64,000 nucleotides of DNA from an uncultured Verrucomicrobiae bacterium (lineage in GTDB: Bacteria > Verrucomicrobiota > Verrucomicrobiia > Palsa-1439), in the NCBI GenBank assembly GCA_963817685.1, contig CAWFPN010000010.1:450852-514851 (forward strand). Reading direction: 5' to 3'. Shown here piece after piece: positions 39,365 through 49,015 of the stretch (position 1 is the stretch's first letter; every line of letters begins with the position of its first letter). The position numbers were made by a program, and so were the translations under genes. The notes under the pieces were generated by a model. It was not told the DNA's origin, did no database searches, and saw only the letters and a list, made by a program, of their open reading frames with translations.

Positions 39365-39778
39365 TTATTCCTCGATTCGTAGGAGTTTGGTTGTTGGGTT
39401 TAGGATTACCCCGTCGATTGTCTGTTCGGGGACCGGGATCTCGTAATAGCGGACATTGTCTTGGTTCTGTCCGGCTTTCTCCTTTTGTTGGTTGACCTGT
39501 ATCCAGTACTGCTGTTTGGCTGCGTCACTGCGCCCTTTCTCGTAGCCGTTGTTGTAGGCGTTGTCGGCCTGCTTTTGGCTGGCGTAGTGCAGCCCTTCGC
39601 TGACAAGGACACCCCCTGCGGCGCCGGCGGCTGTGAGGGCGGGATTGCCGTGCGAGAATTCGCTGGCGAGTGCCGCACCGCCGGCGCCCATGGCGAGGTC
39701 GCTAATCGGTCGCGTCGCGGCGCACCCGGTCAGCAGGGGTGGGATGATTACGATAGCGATGAGATGGAAGAATTTCAT
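39365..39778 (-). CDS. VirB7-like small lipoprotein with glycine-zipper segment
   Basis: The ATG at 39778 overlaps the VirB4 stop (ATGA). Lipobox MKFFHLIAIVIIPPLLTGC, then ..AMGAGGAALA...AAGAAGGVLV... The rest of the listed 369-aa ORF overlaps virB4 and is rejected. Confidence 0.55.
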   Translation of the reverse strand: MKFFHLIAIVIIPPLLTGCAATRPISDLAMGAGGAALASEFSHGNPALTAAGAAGGVLVSEGLHYASQKQADNAYNNGYEKGRSDAAKQQYWIQVNQQKEKAGQNQDNVRYYEIPVPEQTIDGVILNPTTKLLRIEE

Positions 39779-42504
39779 ACGGGTTCGGCTACCGGGGTTG
39801 GGTTGGCGTGACGGATGATGCCCTCGATGATGTTGCTGCTGCCACGCAGTTCCTTGGCACGCTTTTCGAAGTGTTCGCCGCTGGAACTGCTGCAATACAG
39901 CATTTCGGGTGAGGCGATGTTGTGGACCGTCCCGCAAATCGGCCGGAGCGAATCGATTTGCAGGTAGGTGAACGCGGAATACTTCTGCCCGACTTGGTGA
40001 TCGGGGAGCGGATAGTTCATCAGGGTGTGTTTCGTGATCTCTGGGATGGCGATGTCCTGCGCCATGTCGTCGATGTCCGCGCGGTCGTTCTGGCGCATCA
40101 GGAAGAATTGCCGACTGTTGCCGAACACCGCCGACCTGATGCGGCTCTGTTTGAAGCGCGCGTACTGCTGCACGATCGAGATGTTCCAGCAATTGAACTT
40201 GCGAAGCTGCGCGTAGCTCTCTTTGACGATCTCCTCCCCACCAGGGACGTCGAGGAACCGCGCGACCTCCTCGTACACGTTCCTTTTCCGCAACGCGCGG
40301 GGCAACGTGATGATGTATTTGCGCGCATCGTTGGTGATGAGGAAGCCGGCGGCAGCGCGCAATTCCTTCGCCGAGTCCGGGATGTAGCCCAGTTCGAAAT
40401 GGGCAATCTTGCCGGTCAGGGACAAGTTGGTGACACCGTCGAACAACGCGCCGTAGTTCCCATCGCGGCACCACGGTAGAAGCAGCGTGGCGATTTCGTG
40501 AATCTGGTCGCGCTCGGCACCGGACGCGTCCAGGAACATCAATTCCTGCAACATCCGGTGCGTCGGAAATTCCTCGGGCTTGACATAGGCGAACGCGAGG
40601 TTGCGCACCTCTTTACTCGTGTTGGGGTCTTTTAGGAATTTGAGGACTTCGCCTTCGTCGAACTGTTCGAGGTACGCGCGGGCTTCGTCTTCGTGCTTAG
40701 CCCTCCAGTCGCGCAGGTCGGCGAACGCTTCCAGCGTCGTTGCGCCTGGCGGCATCTTGTCGCGCCGGTAGTGGCTCAAGGTGTAGGCTTGCCGGGCGAT
40801 GGCGAGCAGTTGCTCGGAATGCCTGCGGGACCACTCTTGGAACACGTCTTCGTACAACAGGTTGATGTACTTGGCGATTTGCGCCTGCCGGAGCATCTGC
40901 TTGTCTTCGTGCTGGCTAACGCCAACCATCCGGGCGACCAAAGCGGTCGCAGAGGCAAGATGATCGGGTGTCAGCGGAAGACCTTTCGTGTCAAGGTAGT
41001 TTATGGTGATGTTGCCGTCCGGCTGGATGATGATGGGCTTGGCATCGGGATCAACCGTCTGGACGTAGATGCCGTAGGACAGCCCCTCCTCGATGATGAC
41101 TGTGTAGGCGAAGTAGCCTTCGGTCTGCGTAAGAAGATCGCAAACGGTGACGGATTTCCCGGCACCGCTCATACCGAGCAAGACGGCGTGCTGCGGCGAG
41201 ACGTTCGACGCCTGCCCTGCGAACGTTTTAATGCCGACCAGGTTGCTCGCCGATCCTTCGTAGATCGCCTCGGCGGTGTCCAGGTGACCGGTGAAGGTGG
41301 CGCAGAATGGGAGCATGTCCGCGATGTACCGGCTTTCGCCGTAAAGTTTGCGGTGCTCATAGCGTCCCCATGTCCACCCCGGCCATGTCTCGTAGAACAA
41401 CTGGCGCGACGTGCTCGGCAGCGCGCACTCGAAATACTGAGCGCTGTTCATGCTGTTGATCGCATTCTTGATCGCGCTGGTCTTGACGGACAGGCCCTCT
41501 TTCGTCTTGTCCCAGGTGCGCACGATGAATTGCGCGTGGAACGGGAGTGTATCGCCTCGTGCGAGCGCGGCGATTTTGCGCTGCTTCTTTTCCAGCACGG
41601 TCAGCAGTGACACTTTCTTTTCGCTGGCGTAGTCGCCGGCGATCCGGTCGTGTTCCTTTTCTTCCTTGAGGATCTCCTGGCGAACGGGCAGCGGGTCGAT
41701 GTTGACGGTGATCGTGTAATCGAGGAGCCTGAGATTGGTCAGCCGGCGGACCAGACCGGGATGGGTCATTTTCGGCCAGCGAGTGAGGGCGATGATGGAG
41801 TGGTAGTAGCCGTCCATCCAGAAACCGTAGTCGCGTTGCCCGTTGGCTTCGCCGTGCCAGCAATTCTCCTGGATGGACAATTCCGGGTCGAAGGCGTCGA
41901 AAATGTCGTAATCGAATCGCTCGGCCAGAGACGGATTCAGGAACATCTTGTAGTGCCGGTAATGGTCCGCATCGGTCATCGGGATGACGCGGGCGCCCTG
42001 CCCCGCGAAAATGCTGGCCAGCATCTCGTGGACTTGGGTGAACTCAGCCTGCATCTGCTCAAGCGTCATCTCGTAGAACGCCGCCAGCGCCTTGGCGGTG
42101 CTGGTGGCCTTCGGCGAGGTGTCTATCTTGCGCGAGATGTAGAGGAGGAGACGCTGGCGGCGGAGATTACGGTCCGCCATCGCCTGCCAGTAGCGCATGA
42201 ACCGCTCGTTCCGGCAGCGTTTCGTCCAGACGTTCTGCATCTTCTCGGTTTCCTGCTGGTAACGAAGCAACGGGGCGCGGTAATCCGAGTCGCAGTAAAA
42301 TTGCACCTGCAGCCGGCGCGCGTCGCCGAGCGATGCCAGGAGCAGCGTGATTTGGTCTTGGAACTCGTTCAGGTCGGAGACCTGGGCGTTGTCGAGGTCG
42401 GGTGGTTCAAAAACGAACCCCTTGGAAACGAAGCAGCCTTGCCGCAGGCCGTTGAAGACGAGCAGGTCGCGAACGAAGTAACCGTGTGGGGCGTTATCGA
42501 ACAT
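39775..42504 (-). CDS. virB4: VirB4/TrbE-family T4SS ATPase
   Basis: 909 aa with Walker A ..LLGMSGAGKSVTV... Size and position, immediately after the VirB3-like gene, are typical of the family. Confidence 0.85.
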   Translation of the reverse strand: MFDNAPHGYFVRDLLVFNGLRQGCFVSKGFVFEPPDLDNAQVSDLNEFQDQITLLLASLGDARRLQVQFYCDSDYRAPLLRYQQETEKMQNVWTKRCRNERFMRYWQAMADRNLRRQRLLLYISRKIDTSPKATSTAKALAAFYEMTLEQMQAEFTQVHEMLASIFAGQGARVIPMTDADHYRHYKMFLNPSLAERFDYDIFDAFDPELSIQENCWHGEANGQRDYGFWMDGYYHSIIALTRWPKMTHPGLVRRLTNLRLLDYTITVNIDPLPVRQEILKEEKEHDRIAGDYASEKKVSLLTVLEKKQRKIAALARGDTLPFHAQFIVRTWDKTKEGLSVKTSAIKNAINSMNSAQYFECALPSTSRQLFYETWPGWTWGRYEHRKLYGESRYIADMLPFCATFTGHLDTAEAIYEGSASNLVGIKTFAGQASNVSPQHAVLLGMSGAGKSVTVCDLLTQTEGYFAYTVIIEEGLSYGIYVQTVDPDAKPIIIQPDGNITINYLDTKGLPLTPDHLASATALVARMVGVSQHEDKQMLRQAQIAKYINLLYEDVFQEWSRRHSEQLLAIARQAYTLSHYRRDKMPPGATTLEAFADLRDWRAKHEDEARAYLEQFDEGEVLKFLKDPNTSKEVRNLAFAYVKPEEFPTHRMLQELMFLDASGAERDQIHEIATLLLPWCRDGNYGALFDGVTNLSLTGKIAHFELGYIPDSAKELRAAAGFLITNDARKYIITLPRALRKRNVYEEVARFLDVPGGEEIVKESYAQLRKFNCWNISIVQQYARFKQSRIRSAVFGNSRQFFLMRQNDRADIDDMAQDIAIPEITKHTLMNYPLPDHQVGQKYSAFTYLQIDSLRPICGTVHNIASPEMLYCSSSSGEHFEKRAKELRGSSNIIEGIIRHANPTPVAEPV

Positions 42505-42842
42505 GGTGTCCCTTGAGCGGGTGCGTGGATTGGCGGCATACGTCAGGGCCGAAGCCAGCCCCCTTGATCCATAAATCCAGACAATCCGTGTCGTAGCCGG
42601 GCGGTTTGCCCTGCCGGAAGCCGTAGACGTACACGAGTGTGAGCAGCAGCGGAACCGCCGCGATCATCAACGAGACCATGAAATGACACCTTCGCGACGC
42701 TGAAGGTGATCAACAGCGTCATGACCGATGTGAAGCAGCCGCCGGTCATGTACCAGAACAAATTCCCCTCAAGACCCCATGTCCGGCCTTTGGAGTCGTC
42801 GGCGCTGTTGGTCTCGGTGAGTCGCAGTGTTTGATTGCTCAT
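42494..42842 (-). CDS. VirB3/TrbD-like small membrane protein, split over two frames
   Basis: ORF 42543..42842 gives TM1 (..CFTSVMTLLITFSVAKV..) and ORF 42494..42679 gives TM2 (MVSLMIAAVPLLLTLVYVYGF..). This is either a frameshift near 42677-42690 or two tiny genes; an AAGGTG lies 7 nt before the second ATG. Confidence 0.45.
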
Positions 42843-43141
42843 TGGAATGTGCCCACGTCCACTGTCGAAGTGCCGATGCCGAACGCTGTGAACAGCGCCT
42901 TCACGATCACGGGCGCACCAGCAATGATGAGGCCGCCGATGATGGAGAGTTTCCCGGAATCCGTATCACCACGGCGAATCGCAAACCCGCCGCCGACGAC
43001 ACAGATTGTTCCGAAGATGAACCCGATGAGCATGACGATGCCCAGTGCGCTGCTGACTCCGCTTGTAAGAGTTGTTCCGCCGGCTGCCTGCGCGAGGATC
43101 GGGGTGAACCTGATTGTTGCTATTAAGAATCTTGTTTTCAT
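42839..43141 (-). CDS. VirB2/TrbC-like pilin
   Basis: Starting at the internal ATG 43141, the protein has a signal peptide (MKTRFLIATIRFTPILAQA) and two hydrophobic helices (..ALGIVMLIGFIFGTICVVGG.., ..IIGGLIIAGAPVIVKALF..). It is about 100 aa and is the first gene of the T4SS block. Confidence 0.6.
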   Translation of the reverse strand: MKTRFLIATIRFTPILAQAAGGTTLTSGVSSALGIVMLIGFIFGTICVVGGGFAIRRGDTDSGKLSIIGGLIIAGAPVIVKALFTAFGIGTSTVDVGTFQ

Positions 43142-43173
43142 GAGCCAGAGTTGTACTGCGATTAGCTGCGGTT

Positions 43174-43195
43174 GTTGTTCCCAGTTGGGAACAAC
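43174..43195. promoter_or_regulatory. ICE operator palindrome, site 2 (GTTGTTCCC-AGTT-GGGAACAAC)
   Basis: 9-bp perfect arms, 33-54 bp upstream of the pilin ATG. It sits between the divergent T4SS and Clp-like genes. Confidence 0.6.
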
Positions 43196-43320
43196 TTTCA
43201 GCGTGCAATCGGCAAGATGAGAACCCATGACAACAACGGGTTCACCAGCAAGGATCGAATGGAAAACTGCACGAACTGGAATCGCACCTCCGGCAGCGCA
43301 TTCGCGGACAGGATCACGTC

Positions 43321-44151
43321 TTGCCGCGCATTGTTTCCATTCTTCGGCGTGGCGAACTCGGGTTGACTAAGCCCGGCCGTCCACGCGGGAGTTTTCTGTT
43401 TCTCGGCCCGACTGGCGTGGGCAAAACGGAAGTCACACTGGCGTTCACCAGTTTCCTGATGAGCAAAGATCACGCGTTCCGCTTCGACATGTCGGAATAT
43501 CAAACGCAAGAGAGCTTGGGACTGCTGCTTGGCGGCAAGCTTGGTGAACGCGGGACGCTGGGGATGGTTTACGACCGCTCGAGAATAGGGACGCTGCTTT
43601 TCGATGAAATTGAGAAGGCGCATCCCCGCGTACTCGATGTCTTCCTGCAAATCCTGGACGCAGCGCGGGTGACACTGGCCAGCGGCGAGACGCTGGAGTT
43701 AAGTGGCTTCTACGTGGTGTTCACATCGAATATCGGCAGCGCCGACCTGATGAATCTGCAATACTCGACGCCAGCCACGATGGAGCGTCATGTCCTCACG
43801 CGCGCACAGCAATCAATGCGTCCCGAGTTGTACGCCCGTATTACGGAGAAGCTCGTCTTCAACCGTCTGAACTATGATCACCAATTGGAAATAGCGCAAT
43901 TGCTGTTGAATCAGGAATTGGCGTTCCTGAAGGCCAAGGGTCATGAATTGACGCCAGACGCCACGGTTCTCCCCTTTCTTGTTCGTCGCGGATTTCATCC
44001 GAAACTGGGCGCGCGTCCCATGCGCGATGCCGTTGAGAAGCTAATCGGTGACGCTGTGGCCGTGAACCTGCTTACCAGCGGTTCGGGATGTGGCTGGCTG
44101 GTCGTGGACGAGGCAGCGAATTGCTTGTTGATCAGTGGAGGCGGCCATTGA
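43321..44151 (+). CDS. Stand-alone ClpA/ClpB D2-like AAA+ ATPase (start unresolved)
   Basis: Walker A ..GSFLFLGPTGVGKTE.., Walker B ..TLLFDEIEKAHP.. and sensor region ..VVFTSNIGS... The family-typical ..LHELESHLRQRIRGQDHVLPRIV.. is in frame upstream (from 43231) but has no ATG/GTG. An ATG at 43227 is in another frame. Confidence 0.7.
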   Translation: MPRIVSILRRGELGLTKPGRPRGSFLFLGPTGVGKTEVTLAFTSFLMSKDHAFRFDMSEYQTQESLGLLLGGKLGERGTLGMVYDRSRIGTLLFDEIEKAHPRVLDVFLQILDAARVTLASGETLELSGFYVVFTSNIGSADLMNLQYSTPATMERHVLTRAQQSMRPELYARITEKLVFNRLNYDHQLEIAQLLLNQELAFLKAKGHELTPDATVLPFLVRRGFHPKLGARPMRDAVEKLIGDAVAVNLLTSGSGCGWLVVDEAANCLLISGGGH

Positions 44152-44310
44152 CCTTGCCTGCGGGTTGCGGCCGCGAAGACTTGCCGGGAATATGAGGTGT
44201 CGCTGTATGCGCATTCATGGTTTATTCTGGGTTTGGGAGTAGGCGTCAATGTAAGCCATAATGAAAGCGACCTCTGTAATCTGGGCTCAATCTGTTAATT
44301 TTTCGGCTTC

Positions 44311-44353
44311 ATCGGACGATTCGAGGAAAAAATCGGACGATTATCGGACGATT
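44311..44353. repeat. Three direct copies of ATCGGACGATT
   Basis: Copies at 44311-44321, 44332-44342 and 44343-44353. They lie between two convergent genes, and the last copy touches the stop codon of the minus-strand gene. Confidence 0.6.
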
Positions 44354-45888
44354 CAAAGGCCGACCTCTTTGAGCCGGTAAGCTGCGCTACGTCCGCGTCC
44401 TGTCCTGACCAGAATTTGCTGGCCAACAAGCTCCACCAAATCGCGATGGGCGGTATCCTTGACCACATGTAAATTCTGCACACACCAACCGCTCGTGACA
44501 TGCCCTGTCTCAAGGACATGAGCGATTATTTTTTTCTGTCTTTCATTGAGCCGAGCCTCAAGGGCCGGCGTCACTATAAGCCGCGTTTCAGGCACCCGGA
44601 TGCGTTCGAGGTCATCGCCTGGCCCGGGGAAGGTGACTTGGAAATAGCCGGTGTCGCTGCCAAGCAACGGCTGGTCCAATCCGTGATTGAGCATCTGCTC
44701 GCGCATTCGACGAAACCCACTACCTCGCTCTTCGATGCGATGAAAGTAGGACAGGCACTGGGCTAAAACGGGGTTGCGGGAACAGGGTCTATATTTGCCT
44801 TTCCGCAGGCGTTCAAAAGTGATCGGGCTGGGCGGCATGCCGGGACTGGAGACGACGACCCGGTCGGCGAATACTTCGAGCATGATCTTGCGCCCCGCGT
44901 CTTCGTATTGTCGATGTGCTGCGGCATTGACCAAGGCTTCCCGCAATGCCTCGACAGGATATTCGTCCAACCGAACGCGGTTGAGGCCGACCACCTTCAT
45001 CGGGTGTCGCGTGTTGCGGTCGATGAAGGCGATGGTGCGGTCAATAGCCAACGGCATGGGGCCACGAATGTCTTCGTGGTCGCGCGGTTGGCCGTCAGGC
45101 TCCGTAGCCCGGTAAGCGTCGGCGAGGATGCGGCATTGTGGAAAAACGGCTGACGGGTCTTTCGCCAGCAGCACAATGCCAGCTGCGGTGGCGTAGTGCT
45201 CGTTTGACTCCGGGTCGTGCCAGAGGAGGCCGCGCAGCGACGCCCCAGCTAAAAGGTCAGCCGTGGAAATGTCCTCGGGGCTTCTCGCCTCAGCCGTGGC
45301 GATCAACCGGCGAATAACAGTTTGGTCGAGATTCTCCCAAGAGAGGCGTTTCATCGGCTGCGATTCGAACGTGGAGGTAGCCTCGATGGTCTGCTGTGCG
45401 ATTTCGTTCTCGTCTGAGGAAGGGGCGACGCCAAACTGTTCTTTGAGCAGCTTTACCAGGGCTGCTCGGACTTCCTTCTGCAACTCGATGACATTGCCAA
45501 AGCGCTTATACTTGTAGCCATCCGAATCCAATTCCTTCAGCAGGAGGTCCGTGCCCTCCTCACGCTTCATGTGACGCTCACCCTTGATGAAGGCCAGTAC
45601 GGGCAGTTCCCGTTCCTTGGCGCGACGGTATTCAGCATGAGTGATCGAGAGTTCGCCAAGGCGTGCACCGTATTGTACCGCGACAATGAGCAAGTAAACC
45701 TCGCAGGTATCGAGGGCTTTGAGGCATCCCTCCAGTGCCTTGTCAGGCGAGGCGGGTTCAAACTCGTACAGCACAGGAGCACAGTGAACCGCAAGGAAAG
45801 GGTCGGTGTTCAGAAGATTCTGAACGATGACCCGTTCGTCTTCCAATTCCTTTTGGACGGAACTGACGAACACTCTCAGCATGCTCAT
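44353..45888 (-). CDS. DUF4062-like N-domain fused to RecG-C-terminal-like HATPase_c_4 and winged-HTH
   Basis: N-terminus MSMLRVFVSSVQKELEDERVIV... matches the VF(I/V)SS..(D/E)L..ER pattern of DUF4062. The middle reads ..LREALVNAAAHRQYEDAGRKIMLEVFADRVVVSSPGMPP...SRNPVLAQCLSYFHRIEERGSGFRRM.. (COG2865-type). The C-terminal wHTH is ..LNERQKKIIAHVLETGHVTS... The listed ORF start at 45936 is an alternative. Confidence 0.6.
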   Translation of the reverse strand: MSMLRVFVSSVQKELEDERVIVQNLLNTDPFLAVHCAPVLYEFEPASPDKALEGCLKALDTCEVYLLIVAVQYGARLGELSITHAEYRRAKERELPVLAFIKGERHMKREEGTDLLLKELDSDGYKYKRFGNVIELQKEVRAALVKLLKEQFGVAPSSDENEIAQQTIEATSTFESQPMKRLSWENLDQTVIRRLIATAEARSPEDISTADLLAGASLRGLLWHDPESNEHYATAAGIVLLAKDPSAVFPQCRILADAYRATEPDGQPRDHEDIRGPMPLAIDRTIAFIDRNTRHPMKVVGLNRVRLDEYPVEALREALVNAAAHRQYEDAGRKIMLEVFADRVVVSSPGMPPSPITFERLRKGKYRPCSRNPVLAQCLSYFHRIEERGSGFRRMREQMLNHGLDQPLLGSDTGYFQVTFPGPGDDLERIRVPETRLIVTPALEARLNERQKKIIAHVLETGHVTSGWCVQNLHVVKDTAHRDLVELVGQQILVRTGRGRSAAYRLKEVGL

Positions 45889-45972
45889 GCTGTCCTTTGC
45901 TTCATGCCGTTTGGCTCGCATCGGGTTGAGTATCACGAAACCTGACGGGCGAATCCAGTCGATTCCAAGCTC

Positions 45973-47463
45973 TCAAAACCATCGCCTCCTAAACCAGGGC
46001 GAGACTCGGCCATCCGGTTCGATGGGCGGCAGCGTTGTTCTCTTGAAACCTCGTTCGCAGTGGACCAGAACGGCGGTATGCTTCGGCAGTGCGCGGAGAA
46101 TGTGGGGCTTGATCTTGTGTTCCTCGTGCTCGGCGTAGCTGCGATTGGCTTGGCCGCCCGAGACGCCCCACGTCTTCTTGACGACGCGCTTCTTGCCAAG
46201 GAAGTCGGCGCTCTCCTGCGCATCTTCCTCATCGGCGGCTTTGAAGATGATGCGATTACGAAGATTGAGCACAAGCACCTTCGCCTTGTCCTTGCCCAGT
46301 GCCGGCAGGAGCGACGTGGAGGATTGGGCGGCGGCAACAACGGTGGCGTTGGCTTCGCGGATCACGTCAATCGAGCTGTAGTCGCTCATGCCATCTTCGC
46401 TTGAGGTCATGAATCGTTGTGCTTCATCAGCCCAGAGGATCAGCAGATTATTCCGCTGGCGCACTGCTTTGGGCCGGTCAAACCGCCGTAAGACATGGGT
46501 GTAGAAGAGCATTTTCAGAAACGTGTTCACGTACCGGCGCTCGGTCTGGAATTTCTGAGGCATCGCCACACAAATGATCTTGCCCCGGTCAATGTCGCTG
46601 AACTCGAAGGTGTTCTTGTCGGGGCAAAAAACCTGCGCAATATCAGGCGTTAGGAAATTATGAAGGTAGTTGGCGATGGTCTCCTTCACGCCGCCCATCT
46701 GTTCGGGTGGTTGGGTGAGGTAGCGAAACCGGAGATGCTCCACGAGCGCGCGGCGGCGTTCGGTCGGATAGCCGTCTGCCAGCTCCCCTAGTGCGTCGTC
46801 GAGTTCTTCTTCGTTCAACAGGAGTTCGTGGGCGTTCTCCAACGTCACGTCGGCCTGAATTTCGTACAGCGCCTCCAAGGCGTGCGCGATATGCGTCTGC
46901 GCCTGGCTCTTGAAGAATCCCTTGTCGCCCTGCTGGCCAAGACTGGCGGCGGTATCCACGACGAATTTGGCGAACGTGCTGAATGGGACGCTGCTGTCGG
47001 AAGTCAGGTTGTAGGTATGCGTGGGTTTCCAACTGAGGGGCGCATTGTCGGGTCGGACTTGGAGCAGGATCAAATCGTTCTGGCGGTTGAAATACCGGGC
47101 CATCTCCGAGAGCGTTTCCCAATAGATGCCTTTGTCATCAATGCAGAGCCCGCCCCAGTTCGGTTCGTTCTGGAAGACCTGGTACAGGAGTGGTGTGATG
47201 CCGGACCGTGTTTTCCCGGAGCCGGTGTCGCCTGTAATCAGCCAGCCACGACAGAAATCTTCCCGCGTCCACGTCAGCCCCTTCAATCGCACGATCGGAC
47301 GATGGCTCGTGCGAAGAGAAGTGGCAGTCGCGAAGGCGGCAAGAATCCCAAAGGCCCCGGCGAACACCCACGAGAACGGTGGGGCTTGGCTCAGGAGAAA
47401 GTACGCACACGCGGCAAGCGACAAGCCGGCGATTGTGAATCCGAGACACCGTGCTTTGCTCAC
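45973..47463 (-). CDS. virD4: VirD4/TraG-family type IV coupling protein
   Basis: Two N-terminal TM helices and Walker A ..LITGDTGSGKTRSG... Further motifs: ..LILWADEAQRF.. and ..VVAAAQSSTSL... Confidence 0.8.
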   Translation of the reverse strand: MSKARCLGFTIAGLSLAACAYFLLSQAPPFSWVFAGAFGILAAFATATSLRTSHRPIVRLKGLTWTREDFCRGWLITGDTGSGKTRSGITPLLYQVFQNEPNWGGLCIDDKGIYWETLSEMARYFNRQNDLILLQVRPDNAPLSWKPTHTYNLTSDSSVPFSTFAKFVVDTAASLGQQGDKGFFKSQAQTHIAHALEALYEIQADVTLENAHELLLNEEELDDALGELADGYPTERRRALVEHLRFRYLTQPPEQMGGVKETIANYLHNFLTPDIAQVFCPDKNTFEFSDIDRGKIICVAMPQKFQTERRYVNTFLKMLFYTHVLRRFDRPKAVRQRNNLLILWADEAQRFMTSSEDGMSDYSSIDVIREANATVVAAAQSSTSLLPALGKDKAKVLVLNLRNRIIFKAADEEDAQESADFLGKKRVVKKTWGVSGGQANRSYAEHEEHKIKPHILRALPKHTAVLVHCERGFKRTTLPPIEPDGRVSPWFRRRWF

Positions 47464-47822
47464 CGTACTAGCCTCCCGATGAGGACGCCCGCCAGCAGCG
47501 CCAACGCCGCAGTGAATACCAGGGCAAAAACAGGAAAACGGTTCAGGTCGCTCCTGATCTTCGGCACGGCCCGTAACTCCTCAATGATCTCGCCGGCTCG
47601 TCCCGTGAAGTCGCCGCAGAGCCTCTCCAACTGCTCCATCGTGCTACGGAAGTCTTCAAACGACGGGGGTCGTTCCTTCGGTTCGTTCAGTTTGGCGTGG
47701 GTGAAGTAGATTTCCCACAATTCCACAGCGGCCAGCATCGGATCGCCGTCCTGAACACTGTACTTCTTCCGCCATTCCAGAATGGCGTCTTTCAGCGCCT
47801 GTTTTGGGTCGGCTTCGCTCAT
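47460..47822 (-). CDS. Hypothetical protein with C-terminal TM anchor (120 aa)
   Basis: Soluble helical N-domain and C-terminal FPVFALVFTAALALLAGVLIG. It has 4-nt overlaps with both neighbours. Confidence 0.5.
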   Translation of the reverse strand: MSEADPKQALKDAILEWRKKYSVQDGDPMLAAVELWEIYFTHAKLNEPKERPPSFEDFRSTMEQLERLCGDFTGRAGEIIEELRAVPKIRSDLNRFPVFALVFTAALALLAGVLIGRLVR

Positions 47823-48518
47823 GGCTCACTCGGCAAAATGATCTGACGGACGGAGTCGATTTGTTCGTGGAACTGCCGCTGCCAGTTCTTGAGCCGCTGG
47901 CGGTCCATGAGGGAGAATTTCTGGTACTGAATCCCCTGCCCGACCGGCAGATTCGCCTGCTGTAGCAGCGCGACCAACCAGTCATGGAGTTTGGGCATAA
48001 TCATTTCTTTGGCAGCCAGTTCGTTCAGCAATCGTTTCCGCGTCTTGCTGGTGTCGTAAATCGTGAAGTGCTCCGTCAAGGCTTGGTTCTTCACCACCAG
48101 ATAGCGGCAGCGGTTGTTGAATGCCTTCGCGATGAAGCTGATTTGTTCCACGCTGTCGAGATCGTGATTCACCGGCGACACCACCGTCAGGGCGGCGCCC
48201 ATTCTGTTGAGAACATCGAAGACACGTCAACTCGGCAAAGTAGTTCAGGAACACGTCCGTTGAGGCGGCTCGGCAATCCACGACCACGAGGTGGGCGCTT
48301 TCGACGGCCGCAACCAGTTTGTCGAGTTCCCGCAGATTAGCCAGATTCACGAACCGGGCATCCGGGTGAAAACGTTTCAGGGTCGAATTCTCGTTGTCCG
48401 TGTCGATGGCGACATGGGGCATTTGCTGGTCTTTGAGGTACTGAACGAAATTCGCGGTAAAGAAGCTTTTCCCAACTCCACCCTTGCCGTTGAGAACGAG
48501 ATTGATCTGCTTTTGCAT
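47819..48518 (-). pseudogene. parA: ParA/MinD-family ATPase, apparently frameshifted
   Basis: Deviant Walker A ..LNGKGGVGKS.. in ORF 47982..48518 reads well to ..STDVFLNYFAEL. The sequence continues in ORF 47819..48202 as (VFDVLNR)MGAALTVVSPVNHDLDSVEQISF.... The junction is near 48221-48230. Confidence 0.65.
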
Positions 48519-48520
48519 GG

Positions 48521-48907
48521 CTAGATGGTATTGGGGTCAGCAATGCGCGGCCCACGGCGTTCCTTGCTGGCTGGCACCGCGCGGTTGCCTGTGTTGCGGA
48601 TCTGAGGCCGGCTGTGCGCCTCGTGAGACATCGGCTTACCAGCGGCTTTACGGGGTTGCCCACGCCGTCGTTTTGACTTCGAGACACGAAGGCAAAACTG
48701 TCTGACGGTCACGTGTGAGACCGGTACATCGATATTACGCAAGATTTCCGCGATGGTCCTGTACGAAGCGCGCTTACGCCGAAGTTCCAGAATGCCTTCC
48801 TTAAGGGAGAGAAGTTTCTTCCATTTGGCTGACACTCGTGGAACGTAGTTCTTAACTGCCTCGGCCAATCGGCGTTCCACCAAATCGGACGGTGAAGCGT
48901 CATTCAT
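48521..48907 (-). CDS. Putative DNA-binding protein (relaxosome accessory or regulator)
   Basis: 128 aa with an HTH-like ..ASYRTIAEILRNIDVPVSHVTVRQF.. and a basic tail. It is divergent from the relaxase. The function is inferred from position only. Confidence 0.35.
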   Translation of the reverse strand: MNDASPSDLVERRLAEAVKNYVPRVSAKWKKLLSLKEGILELRRKRASYRTIAEILRNIDVPVSHVTVRQFCLRVSKSKRRRGQPRKAAGKPMSHEAHSRPQIRNTGNRAVPASKERRGPRIADPNTI

Positions 48908-49015
48908 GGTAACAGTTTCCTACCATACGGAGGTCCGAAAACTTCTAGCGTGAGCTAGGGGTCGGGCGTGCCATCTTTCCATGCGCTGGAGTAAAGCGCA
49001 TTCCCCGCAACAATC

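Noticed and set aside
39779-40474. 369-aa ORF 39365..40474 as a full-length gene
   Set aside because: Its first ~230 codons overlap virB4 in another frame and read as Arg/Pro-rich junk. A lipoprotein start (ATG 39778, lipobox LLTGC) overlapping the virB4 stop explains the real gene.
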